From: Patescibacteria group bacterium
GTDB taxonomy: Bacteria; Patescibacteriota; Minisyncoccia; 2-02-FULL-40-12; GWA2-44-9
Assembly: GCA_038064515.1 (NCBI GenBank)
Contig: JBBTSY010000004.1
Span: 32,585-96,584 of the forward strand
Length of the DNA stretch: 64,000 nucleotides
Direction of reading: 5' to 3'
Shown here: piece after piece, positions 28,908 to 39,174 of the stretch
How the letters are laid out: each line of letters begins with the position of its first letter
Position numbering within the stretch: position 1 is the stretch's first letter
The notes under the pieces: model-generated
Told to the model about the DNA's origin: nothing
Database searches by the model: none
What the model saw: the letters and a program-made list of their open reading frames with translations, nothing else
Translations under genes and position numbers: made by a program

Positions 28908-28945
28908 TTGCGAAGCCCAATATGAAAGGAACTACCAACCAGTAC

Positions 28946-28973
28946 AGTATAGCATACCCAGCTATAATGTCAA
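28946..28973 (-). promoter_or_regulatory. Sigma70-like promoter
   Basis: TTGACA-16 bp-TATACT with extended -10 TG. Confidence 0.7.
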
Positions 28974-29834
28974 CTACCTAGGCTGGGTTAATGATGGAGT
29001 TTGTTCCAGTGTCGGCTCGGGTGACAACGTCGGTTGTTCTCCTTTATCAAAATATACCCGCCCATCAATGCGAAGATCAATGTATTTTTTGGGATGAAAA
29101 GAGGGATCTTTACTTTTTTCTTCAAGAAATATCTTAAGGACCTCGAGTTGCTTATCTACGTTTGAATCGAGAGCAAAGACAAGATAATAACCCGCGCCGG
29201 TGTGAACTCGAAATTCATTGATCAGGTCGCCTGGAATCTCAATGTTCTTCAGAGCAATACCAAGCTCTGGCAAACGCTTCGTAACGATCTGAATCGATTT
29301 GAAAAAATCCTGATCAAGTTTAAAGCTGGTATCTCGATAGTCATTCACTGCGGTGAGCAGCGCACCCGACGAAGGAATGGCTTTCCCCCACGTTACACCC
29401 TTATCATCAAAATAAGCGCATTCGTTCTGCCGACACCAAATACCAATGGGCACACGCTCCACCCCGCTGATTTCCAGCGTATGAAAGTAATTTTTCGCAA
29501 CACGAACCTTTTCGAGAGAAGGAAATTTTTGAGCAAGGTCCTGCTCCGCGTACACCGCATTGAACAGCAGGATATCACGATATGGTCGGAAGTTCCACTG
29601 TTCGGTATTGATCATTGATTGAACATGCGCGAGCACGTCGCTTTGCTTGATTCGCTGGAAATCTTGGACATAAATGTCTCGAATCATAAATACCGAAGAA
29701 AATAGAAATAGGTATATCGCACCGCTGAAGGCAAAAAGACCGAGCGCGGTGCCGGCAACATATTTCAGAGATACGGGACGCTTCTTATTAAAGCTCCCTT
29801 GGAAACGAACATTGGTAATTGGGCCCGGTCTCAT
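28974..29834 (-). CDS. FtsQ/DivIB-like cell division protein
   Basis: Single TM, POTRA-like region, ERVPIGIWC, YIDLRIDGRVY. Confidence 0.75.
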   Translation of the reverse strand: MRPGPITNVRFQGSFNKKRPVSLKYVAGTALGLFAFSGAIYLFLFSSVFMIRDIYVQDFQRIKQSDVLAHVQSMINTEQWNFRPYRDILLFNAVYAEQDLAQKFPSLEKVRVAKNYFHTLEISGVERVPIGIWCRQNECAYFDDKGVTWGKAIPSSGALLTAVNDYRDTSFKLDQDFFKSIQIVTKRLPELGIALKNIEIPGDLINEFRVHTGAGYYLVFALDSNVDKQLEVLKIFLEEKSKDPSFHPKKYIDLRIDGRVYFDKGEQPTLSPEPTLEQTPSLTQPR

Positions 29835-31081
29835 TTAATTTCCTTCAAGCCACCCATATAGGACTGGAGTACTTTAGGAATTTTGATTGTTCCTTCCTTC
29901 GTTTGATAGTTCTCGAGAATTGCAATAGGAAAACGGCTTGAGACAATAGCAGTGCCATTGAGCGTGTGAGCGAAGTTATTTACTCCTTCTTCCGTTTTAT
30001 ATCTTATATTCAACCGACGAGCCTGATAATCGGTGCAGTTGCTGGTGCTGGTAATTTCACCATAGCCGCCCTGATCGCTCTTCATAGTCATCCAGGCTTC
30101 AATATCAAACTTTCGGTATGCTGGGCCACCCAAGTCGCCACTGGCAACATCGATGACGCGATACGGAATATCCAAACCGTTAACAATTTCTTTTTCAATA
30201 TTTAAAAGTTCGTCATGCATTTTTTCGCTATCCTCTGGCTTACAAAACACAAACATTTCAAGCTTCGTAAACTGATGCACGCGGTAGAGACCCTTACTGG
30301 TTCGGCCCGCGGCGCCGACTTCAGTGCGAAAGCAATGCGACAGCGCAACGTACTTCTTGGGTCCTGCTGAAAAGTCGAGAATCTCATTTGCGTGATACCC
30401 ACCTACGGTAATTTCGGCAGTTCCGATGAGGCTTAGGTCGGAATTCTCGATAGAGTATACCTGCGATTCCGGGCCACGTGGATTAAATCCGATGCCAGAA
30501 AGAATCTCATTGCGTGCCATGTCGGGAGTTTCCAGTAAGGTAAAGCCGTGTTTGGTAACTATGTCGATGCCATACTGTATTAGTGCCCGACTCAAACGCA
30601 CCAAATTATTTTTTGCAAAATAGAACTTTGCGGCGGCGACCTTTGTACCCCGTTTAAAATCAATGAGATCCAGTTCTAATAAGAGCTGTTCGTGGTCTTT
30701 CGGTGCAAAATCAAACTTTGTTTCTTTGCCTTCTATAGCCAATACCTTGTAGTCATCTTCGCTACCGATCGGAACATCGGGATGAGTGAGGTTCGGAATC
30801 TTCAAAAGCAGTTCTTTAGTTTGTGCCTCTGTAGCTCCTAAATCATGTTCGAGTTCGATAATATGTTCGCCGACTTCCCGCATCCGCACAATATCCTCGT
30901 CCGACGGCTTTCCTTTTGATGTTTTATTGCGCAGTGCCCGCATCTCATCGAGCTTGGCGATATGGGAGCGACGCTTCTCGTCTAAATCAATAAGCTGATC
31001 GACATCAACATCCACGCCGCGGTTGCGGTTGTTCTTCTTTACTGTATCTGTATTCTCTCGAATAAATTTAATATCAAGCAT
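29831..31081 (-). CDS. serS: Seryl-tRNA synthetase
   Basis: MLDIKFIREN, LIGTAE, GLYRVHQFTKLE, HTLNGT. Confidence 0.98.
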   Translation of the reverse strand: MLDIKFIRENTDTVKKNNRNRGVDVDVDQLIDLDEKRRSHIAKLDEMRALRNKTSKGKPSDEDIVRMREVGEHIIELEHDLGATEAQTKELLLKIPNLTHPDVPIGSEDDYKVLAIEGKETKFDFAPKDHEQLLLELDLIDFKRGTKVAAAKFYFAKNNLVRLSRALIQYGIDIVTKHGFTLLETPDMARNEILSGIGFNPRGPESQVYSIENSDLSLIGTAEITVGGYHANEILDFSAGPKKYVALSHCFRTEVGAAGRTSKGLYRVHQFTKLEMFVFCKPEDSEKMHDELLNIEKEIVNGLDIPYRVIDVASGDLGGPAYRKFDIEAWMTMKSDQGGYGEITSTSNCTDYQARRLNIRYKTEEGVNNFAHTLNGTAIVSSRFPIAILENYQTKEGTIKIPKVLQSYMGGLKEIK

Positions 31082-31106
31082 AAAAATAGTTTCTAGTTTT
31101 TAGTGG

Positions 31107-32570
31107 TTATCCCCGGGGCTTCATTGTCGGGAATAATAAGATTTCTCGCAATGAACGCGAATCGGTCAGAAGCGCGACAAGGCGATCGATGCCGATGCCG
31201 ATGCCTGCCGCCGGCGGCATACCGTGTTCCAGCGCTTCGATAAACTCTTCATCCAGCCGTTGGGCTTCTTCATTCCCTTTCTCGTGCATTTTTTCCTGAT
31301 TTTCGAATCGCTCCAATTGATCGATTGGATCATTAAGCTCGGAAAACGCATTGGCCATTTCCGTGCCGCCAACCAGTAATTGGAAGCGTGCCACGTTTTC
31401 TGATTCGGACGACAGCTTCTTTGATAGCGGCGAGAGATCGATGGGATGGTTGATAACGAATACCGGATCAATCATTTCATGACGCGCCAGTTTTTTGAAA
31501 ATTTCATCAGCGATGTTGCCTTTTGTCATCGCTTTATCAATCTGCATGCCGAGCTCTTGGGCTTTGCCGCGGAATGCCTCTTCGTCCGCATGTTCGTAAT
31601 CAAGACCGGAATACTTCTTCACGACATCGTTGAATTCCATCCGCGCAAACGGCTTTCGAAAATTGATTGTGTTGCCGTCATACTTGATTGAAGTTTGGCC
31701 ATACAGCTCCATAGTCAAAAATTCAAAAAGATTCTCGGTGAGCTTCATGAGCCATTCGTAATCCTGATATGCCGCATAAGCTTCAAGCATCGTGAATTCC
31801 GGATTGTGTTCCTTGTCCATGCCTTCATTTCGAAAGTTTTTGCCAATTTCGAATATTCGCTCAAGGCCGCCCACTAGCAGGCGTTTCAAATACAGCTCCG
31901 GCGCAACACGAAGGTAGAGATCAATATCCAGATCATTCATATGCGTTTTAAACGGGCGCGCAGTTGCGCCACCCGGCAGTGGTTGGAGTATCGGAGTTTC
32001 AACTTCGAGATAATTGTTCTCTTTGAAAAACTGGCGGACCAAATCGATAATTTTGAAGCGAAGAAGAAATTTCTCTTTTACTTCCGGATTAAAGATCAGG
32101 TCCAAGTAGCGCTTGCGGAAACGATCCTCCACATCCTGAAGGCCATGCCATTTCTCCGGCAATGGCAATAGAGCTTTCGTCAAGAGGCGATATTTTTCCA
32201 CCTGAAGCGTACGTTCAGATTTCTTGGTAAGAAAGAGGGAACCGGACACTTCAAGAAAGTCCCCGATATCAATCGTCTCAATAAAAAAATTATATTCGCG
32301 ATCACCGACGAGGTCTTTCTTAAAATATACTTGAACGGATCCGCTACCGTCATCAATATTAAGGAAAGTAGAACCGCCATGCCCGCGTACCGCCAATACG
32401 CGTCCCGCCAAGACAAGAAACTTCTTATCTGCCATGAGGCCTTCAAAATCCTCAAGAACATCACCAATAGTGTGAGTACGCCATGATTTTGCCGGATAAG
32501 GATCGATGCCGGCTTTCTTTAATTTTTCGAGCTTCTCAAGTCGGGCGACTAAGATTTCATCTAGTGGCAT
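31107..32570 (-). CDS. lysS: Lysyl-tRNA synthetase class II
   Basis: LPEKWHGL, YLRVAPELYLK, FRNEG, HNPEFTMLE, GIGIDRL. Confidence 0.98.
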   Translation of the reverse strand: MPLDEILVARLEKLEKLKKAGIDPYPAKSWRTHTIGDVLEDFEGLMADKKFLVLAGRVLAVRGHGGSTFLNIDDGSGSVQVYFKKDLVGDREYNFFIETIDIGDFLEVSGSLFLTKKSERTLQVEKYRLLTKALLPLPEKWHGLQDVEDRFRKRYLDLIFNPEVKEKFLLRFKIIDLVRQFFKENNYLEVETPILQPLPGGATARPFKTHMNDLDIDLYLRVAPELYLKRLLVGGLERIFEIGKNFRNEGMDKEHNPEFTMLEAYAAYQDYEWLMKLTENLFEFLTMELYGQTSIKYDGNTINFRKPFARMEFNDVVKKYSGLDYEHADEEAFRGKAQELGMQIDKAMTKGNIADEIFKKLARHEMIDPVFVINHPIDLSPLSKKLSSESENVARFQLLVGGTEMANAFSELNDPIDQLERFENQEKMHEKGNEEAQRLDEEFIEALEHGMPPAAGIGIGIDRLVALLTDSRSLREILLFPTMKPRG

Positions 32571-32683
32571 AATTACTACAGTATAGCGGTTAAAATATAA
32601 ATTACAACATGAAAAATGCCCCTTTCGAGGCACTTTTCTTCTTTACCTCTTCGTATCCGCGATCGGGATTTCATTCGTTATAC

Positions 32684-33142
32684 TTATTTTACCTCGACGA
32701 GTTTATATTCAGTCGTCCCTTTCGGAGTTTTCACTTGAATTAGATCGCCTTTCTTATGGCCCAGGAAGGCGCTCCCTAAAGGAGATTCATTTGAAATATA
32801 GCCTTCCTGGGGATTCGATTCGGCAACTCCAACAATAACAAACCGCTTTATGCCGGCTTTAGATTCTACCTTGACGCTCGAACCGACGTTTACCGTGGTG
32901 CCGCCGCGGCCGTCGCCAATCAGGATCGCTTTCTCAAGAATCGATTTAATTTCTTCGATACGGCCTTCGTTGAGCGACTGGGCTTCTTTCGCCTCCGCAT
33001 ACTCGGCATTCTCGGAAAGATCACCAAGCTCCTTTGCTTCCCGTATGCGCGTAGCAATTTCGGGACGCAATACATTAGTCCGTTTTTCAAGTTCTTGCCC
33101 AAGTTTTTCGAGGCCCTCTTGGCTAAAATACTGGTTATTCAT
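32684..33142 (-). CDS. greA: Transcription elongation factor GreA
   Basis: GDLSENAEY, ISNESPLGSAFLG. Confidence 0.97.
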   Translation of the reverse strand: MNNQYFSQEGLEKLGQELEKRTNVLRPEIATRIREAKELGDLSENAEYAEAKEAQSLNEGRIEEIKSILEKAILIGDGRGGTTVNVGSSVKVESKAGIKRFVIVGVAESNPQEGYISNESPLGSAFLGHKKGDLIQVKTPKGTTEYKLVEVK

Positions 33143-33254
33143 CCCGTATGAAGCAGTACAGACCAAAGCGGATCACCGCTTCAGCGTATACTGCGTAAGT
33201 TATGCAACATATCAAAACTACATTTACGAACCCGCTAGGGCTGCTTCTAACGGG
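33143..33254. mobile_element. Start-codon palindromic element, subtype 2
   Basis: IRs CCCGTATGAAGCAG / CTGCTTCTAACGGG; ATTCAT repeats at 33137-33142 and 33255-33260. Confidence 0.85.
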
Positions 33255-33317
33255 ATTCATGATATGGTAATGGTCTACTCTAGCTGGTTTCCTTAAAAAT
33301 GTAAACCCCCCAGCTAT

Positions 33318-35222
33318 TTATTGTGTTTTTCTATTTGGATCAAAGTACCATTTAAGAAAATCGTAGGCCGTTCGGGTAGCATGCCCTTCATTTGAAGCCG
33401 CACCTTCGATGAGAATTGTAATTGCCACTTCCGGGTTCTCGAACGGTGCAAAGGCGGTAAAAAGCGAGTTAATGCTTGTGTTTTTTACTACTTCGGCAGT
33501 ACCGGTTTTGGCCCCTGCTGTGACTGGCAAGCCGGAAAGAAGTTTTGCCGTTCCCGACAAGACTGTCTCTTGCATATCTCGTTTCACCTCGCGGATAACC
33601 TCGTCTTTGAAAGGCAATCGGCCCAGGGCGTCAGGCTGAAATACTCGGATAGGATTCTTACTGTTATCGACAATGCGGTTTACCACGGAGGGCTTATACA
33701 TCGTCCCGCCATTGGCAATGGCCGATATATAACTATTAATCCATAGAGGCGATACGACAAGATCTCCCTGGCCGATGGAAATATTGTATGTGTCGCCAAG
33801 GTACCAGTTCTCATTCGTATTTTTTCTTTTCCACTCCGGAGTAGGCACGAAGCCTTTTTCTTCTCCCGGCAGATCAATGCCCAGGATCGCATCAGCCCAC
33901 GCACCTTTTAAATACTTAGCGATCCTACTGATGCCAAGCCCCGGAATGTCGTTATGGCCACCGCCAAGAGTGTAGAAGAATACATTACACGAGTCAGCAA
34001 TAGCGCGTCGCAGGTTAAACGGCCCCAAATCTACCCGCCAGTTTTTATAAATTGTTGGTTCGTTGGGCTTGAGCGGATTCGGGATTGTGATATTCACACA
34101 ATCCTGAATGGTAGTATTTCGAGTAATCACTCCTTCTTCAAGGCCTGCCATACCTATGAACGGCTTAATCACTGAACCGGGATTATACAATCCGCTTACG
34201 GCCCGGTTGAACAGCGGCTTACTGGGGCTAAGGAATAGCTTCTCAAATTCTTCTTGAGAAACTGCAGAGTTAAAAATATTATTATCGTATCCTGGAAAAC
34301 TCACCATGCCGAGCACGGCGCCACTCCGCGGATCCTGAACAATTGCCGCCGCACGACCCAGATTTGCAGTGCGCAAGGTGTTAAACAGCGTATTATAAAG
34401 CGTTTCCTGAATATCATGGTTGAGATTCAGGACTACATCATCGCCGGGAGCGGGTTCCTGTTGGGTACTACTGCCTTCTTGCTGGGTGAAAAAAATCCGG
34501 CCGTGCGTCCCTCGAAGCGCTTCTTCATAGGCGGCTTCGATGCCGGCGCGACCGATTGAGTCAGATACTAGATAGTACGAATCCTTTTCCAGGTTATCTC
34601 TGCTCACCTTTCCGATATAACCGACAACCGTAGAAAATTGATGTCCATCGATATATGAACGCTTTGTCGTAGCGACCACATAAAAACCTTTAAGATTTAA
34701 CTGACTGAACGCAAGCACGATTTCTTTGGGAATGTCGGAAGCGACAATAAAAAGAGAGTTATTTTTGGCTCCATCAGTGATGAGGGCATTCGTCTCTTCC
34801 GGGTTTTTGCTTAAAATTTTTGCAAGAACGTCAACATTTTCTTTCAGCTGGGCGGCGTCCCGCGGAAGATCACGAGAAATCGCCACGAGATCAAAGCTAG
34901 GCACATTTTTGACCAATGCCTGGCCTTCATTATCAAAAATTAATCCCCGCGGCGGCGAAATCGTAAAATTTACCGTTTTATTCTGCGTCGCAAGATCAGC
35001 GTAGAATGCATTGCCTAAGATACTTATCTTGAAAGTCCCAAATGAGATCACGGCAAAGAGTACGACGATGATGCCGGTGGTGATCCGAAAAACATTCATT
35101 GAAATCGGTTGTTCAATATTTGAATAATCGCTACTTGAATCCATCAGGGTTTCTTCCGGGGTTACCCAGTCGTCATGGCTAACGCTAATGCGATATTCCT
35201 TTTTTTTGTAAAATGAAATCAT
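33318..35222 (-). CDS. mrdA: Penicillin-binding protein 2
   Basis: PPRGLIFD, PGSVIK (SxxK), SCN, KTGTA; in the mre operon. Confidence 0.93.
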   Translation of the reverse strand: MISFYKKKEYRISVSHDDWVTPEETLMDSSSDYSNIEQPISMNVFRITTGIIVVLFAVISFGTFKISILGNAFYADLATQNKTVNFTISPPRGLIFDNEGQALVKNVPSFDLVAISRDLPRDAAQLKENVDVLAKILSKNPEETNALITDGAKNNSLFIVASDIPKEIVLAFSQLNLKGFYVVATTKRSYIDGHQFSTVVGYIGKVSRDNLEKDSYYLVSDSIGRAGIEAAYEEALRGTHGRIFFTQQEGSSTQQEPAPGDDVVLNLNHDIQETLYNTLFNTLRTANLGRAAAIVQDPRSGAVLGMVSFPGYDNNIFNSAVSQEEFEKLFLSPSKPLFNRAVSGLYNPGSVIKPFIGMAGLEEGVITRNTTIQDCVNITIPNPLKPNEPTIYKNWRVDLGPFNLRRAIADSCNVFFYTLGGGHNDIPGLGISRIAKYLKGAWADAILGIDLPGEEKGFVPTPEWKRKNTNENWYLGDTYNISIGQGDLVVSPLWINSYISAIANGGTMYKPSVVNRIVDNSKNPIRVFQPDALGRLPFKDEVIREVKRDMQETVLSGTAKLLSGLPVTAGAKTGTAEVVKNTSINSLFTAFAPFENPEVAITILIEGAASNEGHATRTAYDFLKWYFDPNRKTQ

Positions 35223-35734
35223 TGTTTTAATCGTTTATAGAGACACAAACGAATGAGGCTTACCATAACTACCAATGCGATAAGATGGTAGATCAAAATC
35301 TGGGAATTCCGGAGCATTGCCATTATATCAAAAGATTGCGAAAAGAATACTCGATTTATTCCCGCAACAGATCCTAAAAATACCAGGACCAGAATGCTCC
35401 CGAGAACAAGCGCAGTAACATTATTCATCAGCCCTCCTTCAATTGATATTAGTGGCTGTATATTGATCAATCGCAAAAACGCTCCATATACCAGAAACGC
35501 TATAAGAAATGGGGCCGTAAGCATGCCAAATGGCAGACCGGAGAACACTTCACCCGTAAACGCAAATGCAAGGCCTGCAATAATGGAGAACTGGCCAGCT
35601 CCGAAACACAGCGGAATCGCCAGAAGAAAAGCAGGAATTGCCGCATGCGCATAGATGCCGAGAAACGAAGGAATAATGGCATTCCCAATCAGCGCTACAA
35701 TGAAAACGATAAAAAGTGCGACGACTGCGCGCAT
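35219..35734 (-). CDS. MreD-like membrane protein
   Basis: Hydrophobic, lies between mreC and mrdA. Confidence 0.6.
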   Translation of the reverse strand: MRAVVALFIVFIVALIGNAIIPSFLGIYAHAAIPAFLLAIPLCFGAGQFSIIAGLAFAFTGEVFSGLPFGMLTAPFLIAFLVYGAFLRLINIQPLISIEGGLMNNVTALVLGSILVLVFLGSVAGINRVFFSQSFDIMAMLRNSQILIYHLIALVVMVSLIRLCLYKRLKQ

Positions 35735-35736
35735 GG

Positions 35737-36528
35737 CTATGGCTTTAAAAGTAATACGGGACCAAGAGGAATCTTTCGCATCGCTGGATCTATTTTTACT
35801 TTTTTAAAAACTGCTGAATCGTTGGCCTCAATATAGCTTACTCGGCCGATTGTGAGTCCTGCCGGGAAACCGTCATTGCCATTTGAGATAATCGTATCTC
35901 CTTCAGCAATTTGATCTTCTTGAACTACGAGATTTAATATTATACCGTTCTCCAGATTTCCTTTGGTAATTCCCATAGTCGGTTTACCGAGAACTTGAGC
36001 GCTAATTTCTAACGCCGGATCGTTGATGAGCTGGACTCGGGATGTTGTCGGCAATATTTCCTTGATACGTCCGACCAATACTCCTTCTTCAGTAATGACA
36101 ACCTGACCCGCCGTCACGCCATGATTACTACCGCGATTGATGAGCGCATTATATCCGGGAGGGTCAAAATCGATCATGAACATTCCAGCGGCCAATGCCG
36201 GCTGAATATTTTTTATCGTGATCTTCAATGACTTGCGAAGAAAATCATTCTCGTTTTCCAGCGCTTCTCTATCCCCAATCCGAGCCACTAACGCTATATT
36301 CTCCTGACGGAGGCGTGCATTCTCTTTCGTGAGATCTTTGATATGCCCGAATTCTCCCGCCATAGTCCGCGCGATACTGGATCGCTCAAAGATATATGCC
36401 ATCGGCGATCCGATCAAACCGAGAGCTCGAGAAGTGAGAGCATTATTAAAGACATGCGCGTTTACGAGTCCCACGCCGGCAATCACGATAAGAAAAATAA
36501 ATATCAATCGATATGATAGGCGTGCCAT
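35737..36528 (-). CDS. mreC: Rod shape-determining protein MreC
   Basis: ENARLRQEN coiled coil, INRGSNHGV, GVLVGRI, FPAGLTIG. Confidence 0.92.
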   Translation of the reverse strand: MARLSYRLIFIFLIVIAGVGLVNAHVFNNALTSRALGLIGSPMAYIFERSSIARTMAGEFGHIKDLTKENARLRQENIALVARIGDREALENENDFLRKSLKITIKNIQPALAAGMFMIDFDPPGYNALINRGSNHGVTAGQVVITEEGVLVGRIKEILPTTSRVQLINDPALEISAQVLGKPTMGITKGNLENGIILNLVVQEDQIAEGDTIISNGNDGFPAGLTIGRVSYIEANDSAVFKKVKIDPAMRKIPLGPVLLLKP

Positions 36529-36547
36529 GGTGAATTCTGCTGTTATC

Positions 36548-37597
36548 TTAAATATATCCTTCTTGCTGTGTCGAGAGAAGTATCGGTTTTAGTTCTTCTA
36601 AATGTTCCAAGATATATCCGCATCCGCGGGCAACAGCAGTAAGCGGATCGTCAACAATTTTAACACCCAGTTTTGTTTCATGGGCGATAAGCCGGTCAAG
36701 ACCTTTTAAAAGTGCTCCGCCGCCGGCTAGATAAATTTGGCGGTTAATGAGGTCTGCGGTTAGTTCAGGAGGTGTTTCTTCGATGGTATTCTTAACTGCC
36801 ATTACGATACTCTTGACAGAGCGTTGCATCGCATCGCGAATCTCTTCTGAAGTCACTGAAATTTGTTTGGGCAAACCAGAAACAAGATCTCGGCCCCGCA
36901 CTGTCCCTTCCAATTCTTCTTCCAGGGGATATGCGGAACCAAGCAGGATTTTTAGATTCTCCGCCGTCGCCTCGCCAATTAATAGATTACGCTCTTCCCG
37001 CAAATAGCGGAGAATATCTTCATTTAATTTGTCACCGGCAATGCGAAGTGAACGAGCAGCGATCGTGCCATTCATGGAGATAAGAGCAACTTCAGTGGTG
37101 CCGCCGCCTACTGCGACAATGACATTAGGCACGGCATCTTGAATCGGTAAGCGCGTACCGATAGCTGCCGCCATCGGCTCTTCAACAAGGTACACCTCTC
37201 GAGCGCCGGCATTGTACGTCGCATCTTCGACGGCTCTTTTTTCCACTTCTGTTACGCCCGATGGCACGCTGATTACTACGCGAGGCCGCGGTAAAATCGT
37301 AAATCCCCCCTTATGGACTTTATCTACGAAATATTTCAACATTTGTTCGGTCACCTCAAAGTCAGAAACAACGCCGGAGACTAAGGGTCGCGTTACAGTA
37401 ATATATCCCGGCGTCCTGCCAACCATGCGCCGGGCACCAGAACCAATATCAAGAATTTTGCCGGTTTTCTGGTTTATTGCAACGATGGAAGGTTCATTGA
37501 TGACGATACCTTTTCCGCGCACATAGACGAGAGTGTTGGCAGTCCCGAGATCAATTCCAATATCTTTTGACCAAATTCCGAAGAATCTATTGAGCAT
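36548..37597 (-). CDS. mreB: Rod shape-determining protein MreB
   Basis: IGIDLGTANT, EPMAAAIG, GGGTTE, GGGALL. Confidence 0.97.
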   Translation of the reverse strand: MLNRFFGIWSKDIGIDLGTANTLVYVRGKGIVINEPSIVAINQKTGKILDIGSGARRMVGRTPGYITVTRPLVSGVVSDFEVTEQMLKYFVDKVHKGGFTILPRPRVVISVPSGVTEVEKRAVEDATYNAGAREVYLVEEPMAAAIGTRLPIQDAVPNVIVAVGGGTTEVALISMNGTIAARSLRIAGDKLNEDILRYLREERNLLIGEATAENLKILLGSAYPLEEELEGTVRGRDLVSGLPKQISVTSEEIRDAMQRSVKSIVMAVKNTIEETPPELTADLINRQIYLAGGGALLKGLDRLIAHETKLGVKIVDDPLTAVARGCGYILEHLEELKPILLSTQQEGYI

Positions 37598-37730
37598 AGT
37601 GGTAATATTTCTAGCACATACCTGCCTGCCGGTAGGCCGGTGGCTTCCCTACCTTAGCAGAATTAGTATCAACAAGCAAAAAAGCCCTTAATTGGGACTT
37701 TTTTGGATAAAATTAGAATAGATATAGGTT

Positions 37731-39173
37731 CTAGTAGCCTTGAGCAAACAACCAGCGGCGTTTTGCCGGACCGCCACAACCCACACAGGCGCCATCAATA
37801 GCCTCTTCCGTTCTTTCAAGCTCGAGCACCCGCGTACTGACTTTTGTCTCTTCCTTGATCTTGGCCTCACATTCAGCATCTTCACACCAAGGAGCACGAA
37901 TAAAGTAACGCTGTTTTTCCAAAGATTCTTTAAATAAATCGAGGCTGTCAACATTAATAGTTAGATTGTCGCGATTTTTTTTTGATTTCTCGAAGAGTTC
38001 ATTTTGGATAGCCTCAAGAAGCTCTGGAATTTTTGCTTCAAGCTCATCTAGAGGAATAAAGCCTTTTTCAAACGTATCTCGGCGGACAAATTTTACGGTA
38101 CCCTGTTCGATTTCTTTAGCGCCAACCTCCAATCGAACCGGCACACCCTTAAGCTCCCAGTTATTAATACGAAATCCGAGCGAATGTTCAGAATCGATAT
38201 CAACGGCTATTCGAACACCACGCTGTCTCAATTGATGAGATATCTTCATCGCATGATCTTTAACAGTCGCGTCGCCACCGACTATGAGAATAACAACCTG
38301 ATGCGGAGCTACGCGGGGCGGTACGATCAATCCAGAATCATCACCGTGACTAAGGATAAGACCTCCTATTGAGCGCGTAGACAAACCCCATGAGGTTTGA
38401 AAAGGATGCTCTTTTTTCCCTTCCTCATTCAAGAATTCGATATCAAAAACTTTTGCAAAATTATCACTGAGGTTATGGGATGTCGCGGCTTGAAGTGCTT
38501 TACCGTCAGGGATAACCATCTCAATTGAATAGGTTGTCTTTGCCCCGGCAAATTTTTCAGATTCGCTCTTAATACCTGCATAGACTGAAATCGCGAACTG
38601 CTCTTCATAAAATTTCTTATACCATTTAAGCGCCTTAAGCGTCATCTCAATAGCTTCTGCTTCCGTCTGGTGGACGGTATGACCTTCCTGCCATAAAAAT
38701 TCTGAAGTGCGCAAAAATGGATAGGTGCGCTTTTCCCAGCGCACAACATTCGCCCATTGATTGATCTTCAATGGCAAATCGCGATAGCTTTGAATCCAAT
38801 CGGAAAATGTTTTGTACATGATAGTCTCCGAGGTGGGACGAATCGCATACGGCTCGGCGAGTTCTTCGCCGCCAGCGTGCGTTACTATTGCAAGTTCAGG
38901 AGAAAATCCTTTGAGATGATCTTTCTCCTTTTGGAGATACGACATCGGGATTAGCAATGGGAAATAGGCGTTCTGCACGCCATCTTCCTTAAACCATTCA
39001 TCGAGAGTCTTTTGAACATGTTCCCAAATGGCATATCCATAAGGCCTAATGATCATCGATCCCTTTACCTCCGAATAGTTGGCTAATTCAGCCCGCAACA
39101 CTACATCGTGGTACCATTCCGAGATATTCTCTGATTTTTTAGTGAGTCCTTTTTTCTCGAATACCTGTGTCAT
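37731..39173 (-). CDS. proS: Prolyl-tRNA synthetase (archaeal/eukaryotic type)
   Basis: IRPTSET, NQWANVVRWE, EFLWQEGH, TSWGLSTR, C-terminal AQGY. Confidence 0.97.
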   Translation of the reverse strand: MTQVFEKKGLTKKSENISEWYHDVVLRAELANYSEVKGSMIIRPYGYAIWEHVQKTLDEWFKEDGVQNAYFPLLIPMSYLQKEKDHLKGFSPELAIVTHAGGEELAEPYAIRPTSETIMYKTFSDWIQSYRDLPLKINQWANVVRWEKRTYPFLRTSEFLWQEGHTVHQTEAEAIEMTLKALKWYKKFYEEQFAISVYAGIKSESEKFAGAKTTYSIEMVIPDGKALQAATSHNLSDNFAKVFDIEFLNEEGKKEHPFQTSWGLSTRSIGGLILSHGDDSGLIVPPRVAPHQVVILIVGGDATVKDHAMKISHQLRQRGVRIAVDIDSEHSLGFRINNWELKGVPVRLEVGAKEIEQGTVKFVRRDTFEKGFIPLDELEAKIPELLEAIQNELFEKSKKNRDNLTINVDSLDLFKESLEKQRYFIRAPWCEDAECEAKIKEETKVSTRVLELERTEEAIDGACVGCGGPAKRRWLFAQGY

Positions 39174-39174
39174 G

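Noticed and set aside
28500-28945. tmRNA, RNase P RNA, SRP RNA, 6S RNA or group II intron identity; short ORFs at 28299-29097
   Set aside because: No tRNA-like ends or tag frame, no GAGGAAAGTC, no SRP loop motif, no domain V; branched rather than rod-like; ORFs lack coding features. A diverged known RNA is not excluded without cmscan
37619-37640. CCTGCCTGCCGGTAGGC short palindrome upstream of mreB
   Set aside because: Single short copy in the window; too little evidence to call a feature
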